Both the position numbers and the translations under genes were made by a program. Positions 30,193 to 42,172 of a stretch of DNA of 64,000 nt are shown here, one piece after another. Below the pieces are notes generated by a model. It worked only from the letters and a program-made list of their open reading frames with translations, was not told where the DNA came from and did not search any database. The DNA is from Eledone cirrhosa (Eukaryota): assembly GCA_964016885.1 (NCBI GenBank), contig OZ024753.1, forward strand, positions 3,596,001 through 3,660,000, in the 5' to 3' direction. Each line of letters begins with the position of its first letter. Position 1 is the first letter of the stretch.

Positions 30193-30293
30193 AGTTACCT
30201 GCTCAGTTGATGTCTACATATCTTGTGGAAATCATTTGATAGACAAAATAAGCACTTACCTGAAAAAGAGAAAGAAAAAATTCATACATTAGC
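30193..30293 (-). promoter_or_regulatory. Candidate recursive splice site with 61-nt RS-type exon (30259-30199)
   Basis: Minus strand gCTAAT branch motif, ttttttctttctctttttCAG|GTAAGT, and a second donor CAG|GTAACT 61 nt downstream. Confidence 0.6.
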
Positions 30294-30505
30294 ATGCTAT
30301 TTTTTTATCGCATATATAATATGCATTTAAGTATAAACAGACACACATAGATTTAACGTATTTCAAATACAGAAGGAAGTAACATTTTATTCATCTGTAC
30401 TGAATTCCTCAGCATCATTAAACAAACAAAAAAAAAAAGCAATAATTTACGAACTGCATGTCCGAACATCTCTCAATTTCTAAAACGTAAAAACACACAC
30501 ACACA

Positions 30506-30545
<40 letters not shown>

Positions 30546-30613
30546 TTGAAAAGAGAGAGAGTGAAAAAATAGAGAGACACAAATTATATACTTATATGCA
30601 TAGAAACGTGTAT

Positions 30614-30650
<37 letters not shown>

Positions 30651-30723
30651 AATATTGAAAAGAGAGAGAGTGAAAAATAGAGAGACACAAATTATATACT
30701 TATATGCACAGAAACGTGTATAT

Positions 30724-30760
<37 letters not shown>

Positions 30761-30875
30761 ACCAAGGAAATGTGGTAAGGAACCAGGTGGACCATAACGC
30801 ACCAAAGTACTCAATACTTAGGGTATTGAGTACTTTGGTGCGTTATGGTCTTACTGGTTCCTATTACCCACTCTA

Positions 30876-30882
<7 letters not shown>
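30761..30882. mobile_element. Fold-back element family C (distal 3'-end hairpin)
   Basis: gaccataacgcaccaaagtactcaatac / gtattgagtactttggtgcgttatggtc inverted pair; TA flanks. Confidence 0.7.
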
Positions 30883-30967
<85 letters not shown>

Positions 30968-31264
30968 TCGAATGGTTCAACATCATATAGTTGGCAGACA
31001 ATGCAATAGACCTCAACACCAGCAACAACAATCAAAGCAACAACATCCTAATTACTGTCTCTGACACAACACAATTCTCGTATCTTCTTCTTTATACTAC
31101 TATTATTACTACTTGACACAAAATCGGAATATTCACTGTAAACAAATAAAGACCACATATAATTAATGATAGAAATTATAACATTTTATAAAATAATAAA
31201 TTAAAAACTAACTTAGACTTCCAACTGTGATACATGGATTTGTCTTAATGTAACTAACATTGAA

Positions 31265-31457
31265 ATAATTGTTTCTACTTTTGGCACAAGGCCAGCAATT
31301 ATTCCAGTGTATTACTGATATTTTATTTTATCGACCCCGTAAGGATGAAAGGCAAAGTTAACCTCGGCGAGATTTGAACTCAGATCATAAAGGGCCGCAA
31401 CTCTGTGCTGCAAAGCATGGCGTCCGACCTTCTACCGATACTGCAAATCTATCGCCC
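31265..31457 (-). mobile_element. SINE family 1, full length
   Basis: Reverse complement of head, B box, central domain and tail. Confidence 0.9.
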
Positions 31458-31805
31458 TAACATTGAAATAATGGTGAGCCACAGATAGAGCACAAAATCT
31501 GATGATAGAATTAAAGGAAGGTAACAACTAATTCACATTAGTTCAGAAATAAAAAACGGAGGAAACAAAATATGACCAGAAAGAAAAGAAGGCAGAGAGA
31601 AGAAGACACATTTGTAATTGAGAAGGTTACAGAATATGTGACGAAAGAACATTGTATATAATAACTAATAATAGCGCTGAAGTGAAAATCAAACAATACT
31701 TGGAAATTTTGCCAATATTTCCAATGAAAACATCTCCAAATATCATAATATTTTTCAACACACGATTTCACATAAAGAATGTTGCAAAACAAATACATAC
31801 ACATA

Positions 31806-31849
<44 letters not shown>

Positions 31850-32045
31850 CGCCGACATATTTTTCTCATAGACATTAAGCTAAAAGCTCTTCTCTATATC
31901 TGACACCACCACAGAGATATATGTGCCAAAATAGGGATACAGAGTGGGTAGAGGGAATACGAAATGGAGAGATATGAAACATGTGTGAAAGAGAGAGAGA
32001 GAGAGAGACAGGGAGAGAGAGACATAGAGAGATGGACAGGGAGAA

Positions 32046-32076
<31 letters not shown>

Positions 32077-32461
32077 CTTGTATGTGTGTGTGTGTGTGAA
32101 AGGGGAGGGAAGCGAAATTTGATCGAAATACCAGGAGAGTCAGTCAAGTACAGTTGTGTAACATATGAATGTCTATAGATGCTGTTCTTGATAATGGCGG
32201 CCCTCTTGTGAACACCTAGTTCTATTGAATGTAGCCTTAGGGGTGGCAATTGTTGCTATTGTTGTTGTTTGTGTTGCTGTTGATGGCGGTGGTGGTAATG
32301 GTGTGATGTTAGTGCTGTTATATTGGTTGTTGGGTAACAGTGGACAGATATATCGATCGACATACACAGAGAGAAAAAGAAAGATTAATACACACAGACA
32401 CACACACACATATATATATATATATATGAAACTTTCTTTAGTACTATATATATATGTGTGC

Positions 32462-32505
<44 letters not shown>

Positions 32506-32647
32506 TGTGAGAAAAACCACAGACCCTCCATCTCAACTCACCTTTTGAAAAGCAGAAGAACTGCGAAACCGGTAAAGGAACCAAATAAATATATACATTT
32601 TAAAAAAAGATAAGACTTCAGTTGCATTTTCGATTTCATCTCTTTTT

Positions 32648-32688
<41 letters not shown>

Positions 32689-32757
32689 TATGAAGAGAGA
32701 AGAAACATTTAGATATAATTAGTAATAAAATGTATCATACCTAAACTGCTCCTAAAT

Positions 32758-32845
32758 TCCTCGACTACGTACTTTCGTGGCATAAACAAAAACAATATAT
32801 CAAAGATATAGAGTCCCTGCGAGGTCTGCCGACTTATCAAGAGGA
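32758..32845 (-). ncRNA. Type I HHR (U3-A8 variant), inverted copy
   Basis: Reverse complement of the 33900-33989 motif. Confidence 0.7.
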
Positions 32846-33306
32846 TACCTCATTTTACTAGTCTCAAGAACGCGTCTACACGACGTGAGAAAGAATCCCA
32901 AAAGGCGGAGGGGGAGATAGTCACGCGATATAACGGTCGAGAAACAGAGCTAAGCCTCCTATAACCTCGAAGAAAATACCACGGAGGCGGAGGGGGTATT
33001 TATATCGAGGCCGCAGAAGAGTTGGTGAAGAAGGCGAGAAGTATGGGTAATGGAAGCCTTCCAGCTGTCCCCACAGATCAAAGATTGCTCGACCAGAGGG
33101 AGTTATTAACAATATATTTAGAAACACACAGATACATGCGGACACACACATATATACATGAATGCATCCGTGGTATTTTCTTCGAGGTTATAGGAGGCTT
33201 AGCTCTGTTTCTCGACCGTTATATCGCGTGACTATCTCCCCCTCCGCCTTTTGGGATTCTTTCTCACGTCGTGTAGACGCGTTCTTGAGACTAGTAAAAT
33301 GAGGTA

Positions 33307-33396
33307 TCCTCTTGATAAGTCGGCAGACCTCGCAGGGACTCTATATCTTTATGATATATTGTTTTTCTTTATGCCACGAAACTACGTAGTCGAGGA
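33307..33396 (+). ncRNA. Type I HHR, U3-A8 variant, palindromic helix III
   Basis: tcctc-TTGATAA-gt(c)ggca...tgccac-GAA-ACTACGTAGT-C-gagga; helix I TCCTC/GAGGA; predicted GUC cleavage after 33391. Confidence 0.8.
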
Positions 33397-33899
33397 ATTT
33401 AGGAGCAGTTTAGGTATGATACATTTTATTACTAATTATATCTAAATGTTTCTTCTCGCTTCATAATGTATTTCTAACTCTGATACTGGTTCAGTCTAGT
33501 TCAACTGAATTGGTCTGTCCCAGTCATTCATTGAGCAACATCGGTGAAGTTGGCACCCTTAACTCGCAGTTGGGTGCGGATGCATTCATGTATATATGTG
33601 TGTGTCCGCATGTATCTGTGTGTTTCTAAATATATTGTTAATAACTCCCTCTGGTCGAGCAATCTTTGAACTGTGGGGACAGCTGGAAGGCTTCCATTAC
33701 CCATACTTCTCGCCTTCTTCACCACCTTCTGCGGCCTCGATATAAATACCCCCTCCGCCTCCGTGGTATTTTCTTCGAGGTTATAGGAGGCTTAGCTCTG
33801 TTTCTCGACCGTTATATCGCGTGACTATCTCCCCCTCCGCCTTTTGGGATTCTTTCTCACGTCGTGTAGACGCGTTCTTGAGACTAGTAAAATGAGGTA

Positions 33900-33989
33900 T
33901 CCTCTTGATAAGTCGGCAGACCTCGCAGGGACTCTATATCTTTATGATATATTGTTTTTGTTTATGCCACGAAAGTACGTAGTCGAGGA
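33900..33989 (+). ncRNA. Type I HHR, U3-A8 variant, second tandem copy
   Basis: As 33307-33396, but helix III reads AGTACGTAGT (one mismatch). Confidence 0.7.
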
Positions 33990-34219
33990 ATTTAGGAGCA
34001 GTTTAGGTATGATACATTTTATTACTAATTATATCTAAATGTTTCTTCTCTCTTCATAATATATTTCTAACTCTGATACTGGTTCAGTCTAGTTCAACTG
34101 AATTGGTCTGTCCCAGTCATTCATTGAGCAACATCGGTGAAGTTGGCACCCTTAACTCGCAGTTGGGTGCGGATGCATTCATGTATATATGTGTGTGTCC
34201 GCATGTATCTGTGTGTTTC

Positions 34220-34283
<64 letters not shown>

Positions 34284-34641
34284 GGGATGGGGCGCGTCCC
34301 TGTGTGTGTGCATGCGTAAATTACGATAGAGAAGTGGTGAAGAGTGAGAAATACGGTAGAACAATTCGGATGAGGTGATATTATGTCGACAATTAGTTGA
34401 CACATCCGCCCTCAAATAGCTTTGGAAATCGCAGAATTTCAAACAATGGATAGGCCACTAATAGAATATACTAATTGAAGTTATGGACATTTAAGAAGAA
34501 GCAATATTGAAGTAAATCTTGTCTAGAAAGCGAATAGTTGAACGCAACCTGCTACATTACTATTCAGCGAAGTATGAAGGATCGTTTTGTCTATTGGGAT
34601 AATATGAATTAATCCAAGATATAATCTCACTGGGTTACATC

Positions 34642-34689
<48 letters not shown>

Positions 34690-34693
<4 letters not shown>

Positions 34694-34971
34694 GGTAGTA
34701 GAAGTGCAAATGAATTGCGTCCACGGGTGGTATGCGAAGATAGGCACTCGATGCACATGGGCAGCAGGGGAGTAATAATAATATTAATAGGGAACAAAGA
34801 ATCAGTATTGCGGCATTAACGTATTGGGCGTGCGTCTACATGTGGAAACACATTTCTGAGGAGCTTCCGATTCCAGAATCAGGTTCGAAAATTAATCTGA
34901 GGAAACATATGTAATATGTAATTAAATATATAAATGATGCAATACTGATACTTTGATTCCTTTTAATATTA
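34690..34971 (+). mobile_element. Fold-back family A element with HHR at 34850-34919
   Basis: acattt-CTGAGGA-...-GAAA-catatg-TA-atatgt; 34779-34818 inverted to 34932-34971; left arm matches the 900-960 region in reverse. Confidence 0.65.
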
Positions 34972-35038
34972 TATATATATATATGGCGTAGGACAGAACA
35001 AAGAAGAGGCACAAAAACAAAGAAGAAAAGAATCCCCA

Positions 35039-35081
35039 GTCACTGAAGAGGTCACAGAGTGTGTGACGAAAGAACTATGAC
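35039..35081 (+). ncRNA. Minimal type I HHR (43 nt)
   Basis: gtca-CTGAAGA-g-gtcaca-gagtg-tgtgac-GAAA-gaac-TA-tgac, inside TA-flanked insert 34985-35225; decayed homologue at ~31614-31655. Confidence 0.8.
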
Positions 35082-35219
35082 AATATATAAACAACTATCT
35101 GGTTGTGGAACCAACCAACCAGCCAGAAATTTATAAATTTATAAATTTATTATAATAAATTGAAGTGAAAGCAACTGGTGCGTGTGTTTCTTATTGGCAA
35201 CATGACCCTCCCAAAGTAT

Positions 35220-35260
<41 letters not shown>

Positions 35261-35780
35261 AATATGTATGTATGTATACATGGTTAACAGAAGATCTATT
35301 ATGGCCAGAAAAAAAGAAAACTATATATATATACAGTAGCTTACAAAGTATGTGAAGAACTAATACAGGCGGAAAAAGGGGTTCTCAGCAGCCGCTATGA
35401 AAAATGGAAAATGAACGCTTCAAAAATTGGAAAGTTTGAAATTCGCTACGTTTGTTTATATTTTCAAAGCTGTAGGTTCATCCCCTTAATTCAGGTGCGA
35501 TGTTGGCAGATGTCTTTTAGTAAAATGATTAGTACACTCAGCTGGTATCTGAGAAATAGGGGGGTTGATCCTTTGTAGAGATTTACCAACTTCTTTTACC
35601 CTCTGTTCGGTTTATAATCTATACTATAAGCTACTTATAACAACAGACTCTATTTACAACTATATATATATATAAACAGAAATAACAAAACAATCGGTAC
35701 AGTATATGGAAGTGATATATTAGGTTAACCCGAACTTCCACCAGGAAATCTTTCGTATCATTGAAATTGTCTTTGCTTCT

Positions 35781-35846
<66 letters not shown>

Positions 35847-35928
35847 TTATAGTACGTTATTCCGGGTTGAATCGGAGGTAATCACAGTAAGTAAGGTACT
35901 CAATACATTGCAGAGTATAAAAGTTTAA

Positions 35929-36058
35929 ATATAGATGAGATTCTACAGGACTAGAACTGTTTCATTCTTTAGAAATCATCACGAATCTCAGAATCTGAGA
36001 TTCCTGATGATTTCTAAAGAATGAAACAGTTCTAGTCCTGTAGAATCTCATCTATATT
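35929..36058. mobile_element. Head-to-head inverted pair of HHR motifs
   Basis: Plus 35996-36050: tgagattc-CTGATGA-tttctaaagaat-GAAA-cag-ttctagtc-ctg-TA-gaatctca; minus copy 35936-35990 with core GTGATGA. Confidence 0.8.
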
Positions 36059-36706
36059 AAAACGTATATACATTATATACATACATGCATATTATATTAT
36101 ATATATATATATATATATATAGGGAATTATTGTAATTTAAGAGAGAAGGAGTAGGCGGAGAAGTATTAGGATAGTTAGGGAGGTAAGGACCAGGAAATTT
36201 AAAGGGGATGGAGAGAGAGAGTAATGGAAATAGAGAAATAATTGAAAGTGAAAGTAAAATATACAATGTAAATCTTGAAGAATGTAGGTTTCAAAACAGA
36301 GACGGAGAGATTTATGGCCATCGATTGGCGGTTGCGTTAATTGACTTCACTTATGTCATTAATACCGTTCTGAAAGACATGAAAGCTTCCCTATACATTG
36401 GAGGTATTGTTTGTAATTTTCTTCCTCAGTTAGATGAAATCAATTTATAGACTTGAGCATAAAGACAATAAGAGAATTAGAGTGGGAGGGTCAAATAGGG
36501 GAGGGAGAGAGAGAGACAGACAGATATATATATATATATATAGAGAGAGAGAGCACATTTTCAAGTGAAAGATAGAGGGTTGCTGAGAGAGAATAAATAC
36601 GCTATCAGCAACACAATTTAAATACAAGCTGGAGACTATTGTATACAATTATAACAATAACAATAACAACAGTATCGGCAATAATAGTAATAATAATAAT
36701 AATAAC

Positions 36707-37437
36707 TATCTACAACATGTTCCACAAAAGGAGTGATGTCGATAGACTCTACTTAAGGAGATCTGAAGGTGAAAGAGGTCTATCAGCATAGAGGACTGTG
36801 TTCAGATGGAGAGAAAAAAAACCTACACTAATACGTGACTGATAGTAGGGAGCCAATGCTCAGAATTGTACTGAAGGAGAGGACAATAGACCAGGAGATG
36901 TCCAAGGAGGAAATAACAACAAGGAGAAAGAGCAACCTTCATGAAAAATCCCTTCATAGTACCTTCTTTGAGAAAACTGAATTTAGAGATATACAGACAT
37001 GGAACTGGTTGAAAAGAGGAGACCTTAAAAAGGCTACAGAAGGAATGCTAATGGCTGCGCAAGAGCAGGCCCTCAGAACGAAGTGGCTGAAACACCATAT
37101 TTACAAGGAGGAGGCTAGCCCACTGTGTAGGTTCTGTGGAGAGAGAGAGGAGACTGTGGCTCACATTGGATCCGAGTGGAAACATCTAGCCCAGACTCAC
37201 TATAAGGGCTGGAGACATGATGTGATGGGCAGGGTGATCCACTGGCACCTATGCAAAGTAAACAATTTACCAGATTCTGAGAAGTGGTATGAGCATAAGC
37301 CAGAGTCGGTGATAGAAAACGATCAGGTGAAAGTGCTGTGGGATTTTAGGATACAGACGGACAAGAAACTGGAACACAATAGACTTGACCTGGTGGTTTT
37401 GGACAAGGAAAAAAGATTGGCCTGATTGTGGATGTAG
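36707..37437 (+). pseudogene. 5'-truncated R4/Dong-like (RLE-type) non-LTR retrotransposon fragment
   Basis: HKRSDVDRLYLRRSEGERGL upstream; CRFC...H zinc knuckle, RHD motif, LWDFRIQTD and HNRLDLVV leading into the REL endonuclease; frameshifted; follows a (TAA)n tract. Confidence 0.85.
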
Positions 37438-37550
37438 TTCAAATCCCGCCGAGGATGTAGTTCAAATCATCCTTACGGGGTCGATAAAATAAAGTACCAG
37501 TAATGCACTGGATAATTGCTGGCCTTGTGCCAAAAGAAGACACAATTATA
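37437..37550 (+). mobile_element. SINE family 1 fragment fused to the LINE fragment
   Basis: gttcaaatcccgccgagg, local duplication atgtagttcaaatc, central domain and tail. Confidence 0.8.
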
Positions 37551-38534
37551 TTTTACGGACTACAGAAGGATGAAAGTCAAATTTTACCTCAGCGGAGATT
37601 TGGAATTATAACGTAAAGAGACAATGGGTAAATCGAGAAAACCCCCATCACCTTCAGGGGTTATCAGAAATTGCTCATGTAGGCAAAGTTCAAACAACTA
37701 CATGACATTTCTTGTCACCCCAACGATCACCACCCATTATTTGTGTGCCAAAAATCTTACAAAGTTCAATGGTCAACATTATCACCATTTTCTTTCCTCT
37801 TGTTAGCCATGCTGTTTCGCCAAATATATTGTCGCTGTAGCTTATAGTCAAAATGCCTATAAGATGTTACCCCAGCATGACCACAGTCAATGACAGAAAA
37901 CGGCAAAGATTTGTTTTTTAAATACAAAAGAATATACAGCTGCACATATTCTCAGCCGTCTTCCATTTCTGTCAATTCATCAGATTGTCAAGATTTAAAC
38001 AAAGGACCTAAGACAACCTAGCTAATTAACATTTTACATAATGGGCGCTAATTTTTTTAATGAAGAGAGCCAAAAATTATTAATTAATTAAAAATTACAC
38101 CTTTAGTGAGAACTCATTATTTTAATGACTAAGTCTCCTTGGTAAAGGTGTTGGGGAAACCCCCACCAAAATTTAAATTAATTAAATACAAAATGCAACC
38201 TATCTTCACAGTAACATGACAACCACGGGTGAATATGTTTCGGTAGCATGACACTTCATTAGATAAATATACTGTAATCGTTATTTATTTCTTTTCTTAA
38301 AACCATCCTAATAATAATTTTCACTTGTGCCCAAGATGACCGATATTGAGGTGATGGTTCTCATGAAAGTATGATCGGTTGAAAAACGACAAACATTCTG
38401 ACTGTACATTATTATTCATCACTAGTATGAAGACATAAATGAAGACACGTAAAATAATAATAATAATAATAATAATAATTGTTTCTACTTTAGGCACAAG
38501 GCCAGCAATTAGCCAGTACATTACTGGTACTTTA

Positions 38535-39247
38535 TAATAATAATAATAATAATAATAATGATTTCATTTATTAGCCACAAGGGCCGACATGTAGGGGACA
38601 ATAGAAAAACAGGGACAGTGGGGGATTTACCATAAGGTCGAGTAAAAGTGCACGATGGCAACACTAATTTAATAATGAAGACATAAAAATATAAAATAAA
38701 CTATGCATAAATATAACAAAATAAATTCCCCAATAGGAGATCGGAGAACCAGTCTGGCATATTTACGTAAAGCTCGTAGGGCAGGCCATCCAAACCGGGT
38801 GACTTGCGCCTCATGCAGCCGACAAGGGCGTCCTGAATTTCGGCTGAAGTAATCGGCCTTTCGCAGCGCTCAGCGTTGACCGTCGAGATGCGCTGCAAGC
38901 CGTCAAGGTAGGGACTGAAATCCGCTACTCTCTCTGACTCGCCACTCTCCCCGAACAACCGACCCAAGTGCTGGCGAAAGGCCTCACACATCCACTTGGA
39001 ATCGCTTATCTCGTGTCCGTCTCGGTCCGCCAAAGACCGAATTGTGGATTTATTACCACGCTGCGCCTCCGCCACGCGGACCCATCGAACAGCTTTGGTT
39101 CCCTCGTTTCTCAGCGCACGCGCCTTAGCTGTGACAATGCAACCTTCGTGTTTGGCATTGAAGAAATGGTCTAATGCCATTCTCGCCACTAGCACGTCAG
39201 TTGCAATTCCACCACAAATAGCTCCGTCTAATAATAATAATAATAAT
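38535..39247 (-). pseudogene. L1/Tx1-like LINE fragment (ORF2 linker to RT start) joined to its probable 3' end
   Basis: PITSAEIQDAL...RRKSPGLDGLPYELY motif; then AATAAA and an (ATT)n tail on the minus strand; (TAA)n on both sides. Confidence 0.75.
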
Positions 39248-39395
39248 CTGACGTAAATATAGCACTGATGTAATTAATATTTGGTTTAACGTTTAAAACT
39301 AAGAATAAGAGAAAATTTTTATAATGTACACAATATACACACGCAATCGTACCCATATACATACAGCCATACATATATATATGTGTTCGTGTATG

Positions 39396-39461
<66 letters not shown>

Positions 39462-40929
39462 ACGAACGAGATTATTATCAGTTTCTGATATATAAAGATG
39501 AAAGGCAGAATCAGACAGAAACATTGAAAAGGATTTTCGATCTGTACTCAGAGTACAGAAACAAATAATTAAAATGAAAACAGCGAAGAAATAACAAATA
39601 AAAATAAAATAACTATTAGCCATTTAATACATTAACTTTGTAATCAATAATCTATACTTTTAATGTAATCAATTTAATGGTGACAATAGAGAAAGAGGGG
39701 AATAGTGAGAGACAACGTGAGAGGGGGGAAATGAAGTGAGTGAACGAGTTGTTACTCACCAGCGTAAAAAGCACTCATGACAAGGCTATATTTATCAAAG
39801 ATTGAAGTCAGAAAAATACTTCTGTAATGATTAAAAATATATCTATAAATTCGCCATTGTTGACTGTCAGTCGGATATAACAGAGTTACTGACTACATTG
39901 TAAATGTTTAGATTTTAACTGTTGATGTATAGTAGACATGTTAGAACAATGTTGTCTATTTTAGTTAGGTATATAGTGGGCTATATAAAGGATAATGGTA
40001 TGGGAGAATTATTGTTGTATACGAACATGACATAGTGTTTTAATTTATAAGGCCGATAGGGTGAGTTTGTAAGTAAACAAACATTTGATAGAGAGAGTTT
40101 GTTAGATTAGATAAAAGATTTAGACAAATAGTTAAGAGTCGTTCATATGTATAGACATATAATAGAATGTGTGTGAGTAGAGAAAAGTGATGGAAGGAAT
40201 GTGTATATAAAGATAGATTGTTGAGAAAGTGTGTGTGTGAGCATAGGTTTATGATGAAGATATGTGTATATCAACATATAAGTGATAGATACATGATTGT
40301 AGACATGATAGAGAAGGAGTCTGAGTTAGACAGATAATAGAGAGGATGTGTGTTTATAGATATAATAAACACATGATTGAAATGTAAGTGTGAAAATAGA
40401 CAAACTTTGGTTAGAGAGAATGAGTGAACACAGTCAGACAAAAACTCAATGGCTGAGTCAATAGTGATAGTATAGTCAGGCATATGAGATAAAGGATTAG
40501 TTAGTAAATAAAGCTTTATGTTAGTATGTAGAGAGAGGTACATGGAACAGCGGAAGAGCTACCAGAGCGAGTTATGTGTTAGTATAGCGAAGTAGATAAT
40601 GGATAGATTGAATGTATTACTAATGAGACCCATATAGGTGAATATAGAGAACCATAGAGGAAGATGATATGGTGTTAGTAGAGAGAGTTGTATGATAGAA
40701 TAGAGAGGTACAGGTGTTAGAGGATTAGTTAGTGGTGGGTTGAGCTACATGGGAGTGAGTTAGAAGAGAAAGATATATGTTAGTATAGAGTGGTAGATGA
40801 GATAGCGGGTGACGTAGTATAGAGAGCTATGTTATAGTAAAGAGAGCTAGATGAATGAGAGTTAGTAGTGGAGATCTTATGTTTGTATAGAGAAGTAGAT
40901 ATAAGATAGTGAGTGAGTTAGTAGATATA

Positions 40930-40981
<52 letters not shown>

Positions 40982-41909
40982 GGGACGTAGATGAAAGTGA
41001 GCATATACGTGTATAGAAGCGAGCAGAATTTTATCTAAATAAAAAAATTAAAAGAAACAAATAAAGAAAATGTAAATCATCCAGCATTTTGTTGTTTCAA
41101 TGCTTGCTGATGAAAATATCTTCTGGAATGAACGACGAATATTTTTATAGCACAAATACATAGAAGTATCAAAGATAACAAGAAAACGGAAAGAAAGCCC
41201 AGAATAGCAGACACCAGGGTTAGGAAATACAAAGGGACAAATGCTGCAACTGAAGACATACAAATTCTAAGAGAATGTTAAAAATACTATTTTATGCTTT
41301 AACAAATATATATATAGACATATATTCATACATTCAGACCAACACACACATATATATATATATTGTTATTATTATTATTCAATACATGTAAATCCGAATG
41401 TCAATCTTAAAATATATTCATGTCGAAAAATGGGTGGTCTAACAATACTGTGTCTTGGTAAAGATTTGTATGTTCTGGTTTCATAAGTTTATCAACCATT
41501 TTTACCAATACTGAGAGAGAGAGAGAGCCGGTTTCTAACATAGACACAAGTCTCTTTCATTGGAAATAATTCGTTGACCTCTGGTTCAACACTGACAAAG
41601 GAACGATTAACTAGTTTCAAGCTTATTAGCTATCGTCAGCACCGTATACCGTCTTGTCAGATAATTGAACGTTTGGAAGTATATACTTTCCTAATGCATA
41701 TTAACGGCTGAGCAGCCTAATTTGCATGTCGAGTGAGTTAGTCGGCTGGGCGTACCAAAAACGATAAATGGAAAAGAATGAAATAAAATTTCATATCTCA
41801 CTCTTAGTAGGGCTGATACTTAAATATAAGTATGTATACGTACATACATATATGTATACAGACGTACAGTAGTATGTATATATATATATACATACATGCA
41901 CACATATAC

Positions 41910-42128
41910 TGTATATATGTACGTATGGTTTACCGAACATTTATTATAATATTCTGTTTGTTTGTAAACAAACAGCCCGAATTAAGCCGTACAGTGTTCG
42001 GCTTTGTCAGTGTTGAACAAAAGGGCAACGATGGTTGCTGAACACTGTACGGCTTAATACGGGCGGTTTGTTTACAAACAAACCGAACATTATAATAAAT
42101 GTTCGGTAAACCCATACGTACATATATA
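41910..42128. repeat. Fold-back insert with ~90-bp arms
   Basis: gtacgtatggtttaccgaacatttattataat...cagtgttc / gaacactg...attataataaatgttcggtaaacccatacgtac. Confidence 0.85.
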
Positions 42129-42132
42129 TACA

Positions 42133-42172
<40 letters not shown>

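Larger units (their letters stand above)
32687..34227 (+). mobile_element. Non-autonomous Penelope-like/retrozyme-like element: inverted ~480-bp arm plus ~1.8 tandem 593-bp units
   Basis: ccgtggtattttc recurs at 33168 and 33761; 32687-33170 is the reverse complement of the unit; TATAAATA at 33741; three HHR copies; TA tracts on both sides; no ORF. Confidence 0.85.

Noticed and set aside
33022-34038. Repeated 64-69 aa ORFs in the 593-bp unit
   Set aside because: Repeated only because the DNA is duplicated; non-ATG starts; no recognisable motif.
41107-41152. CTGATGA followed by a hairpin
   Set aside because: No GAAA or NUH in the required position.
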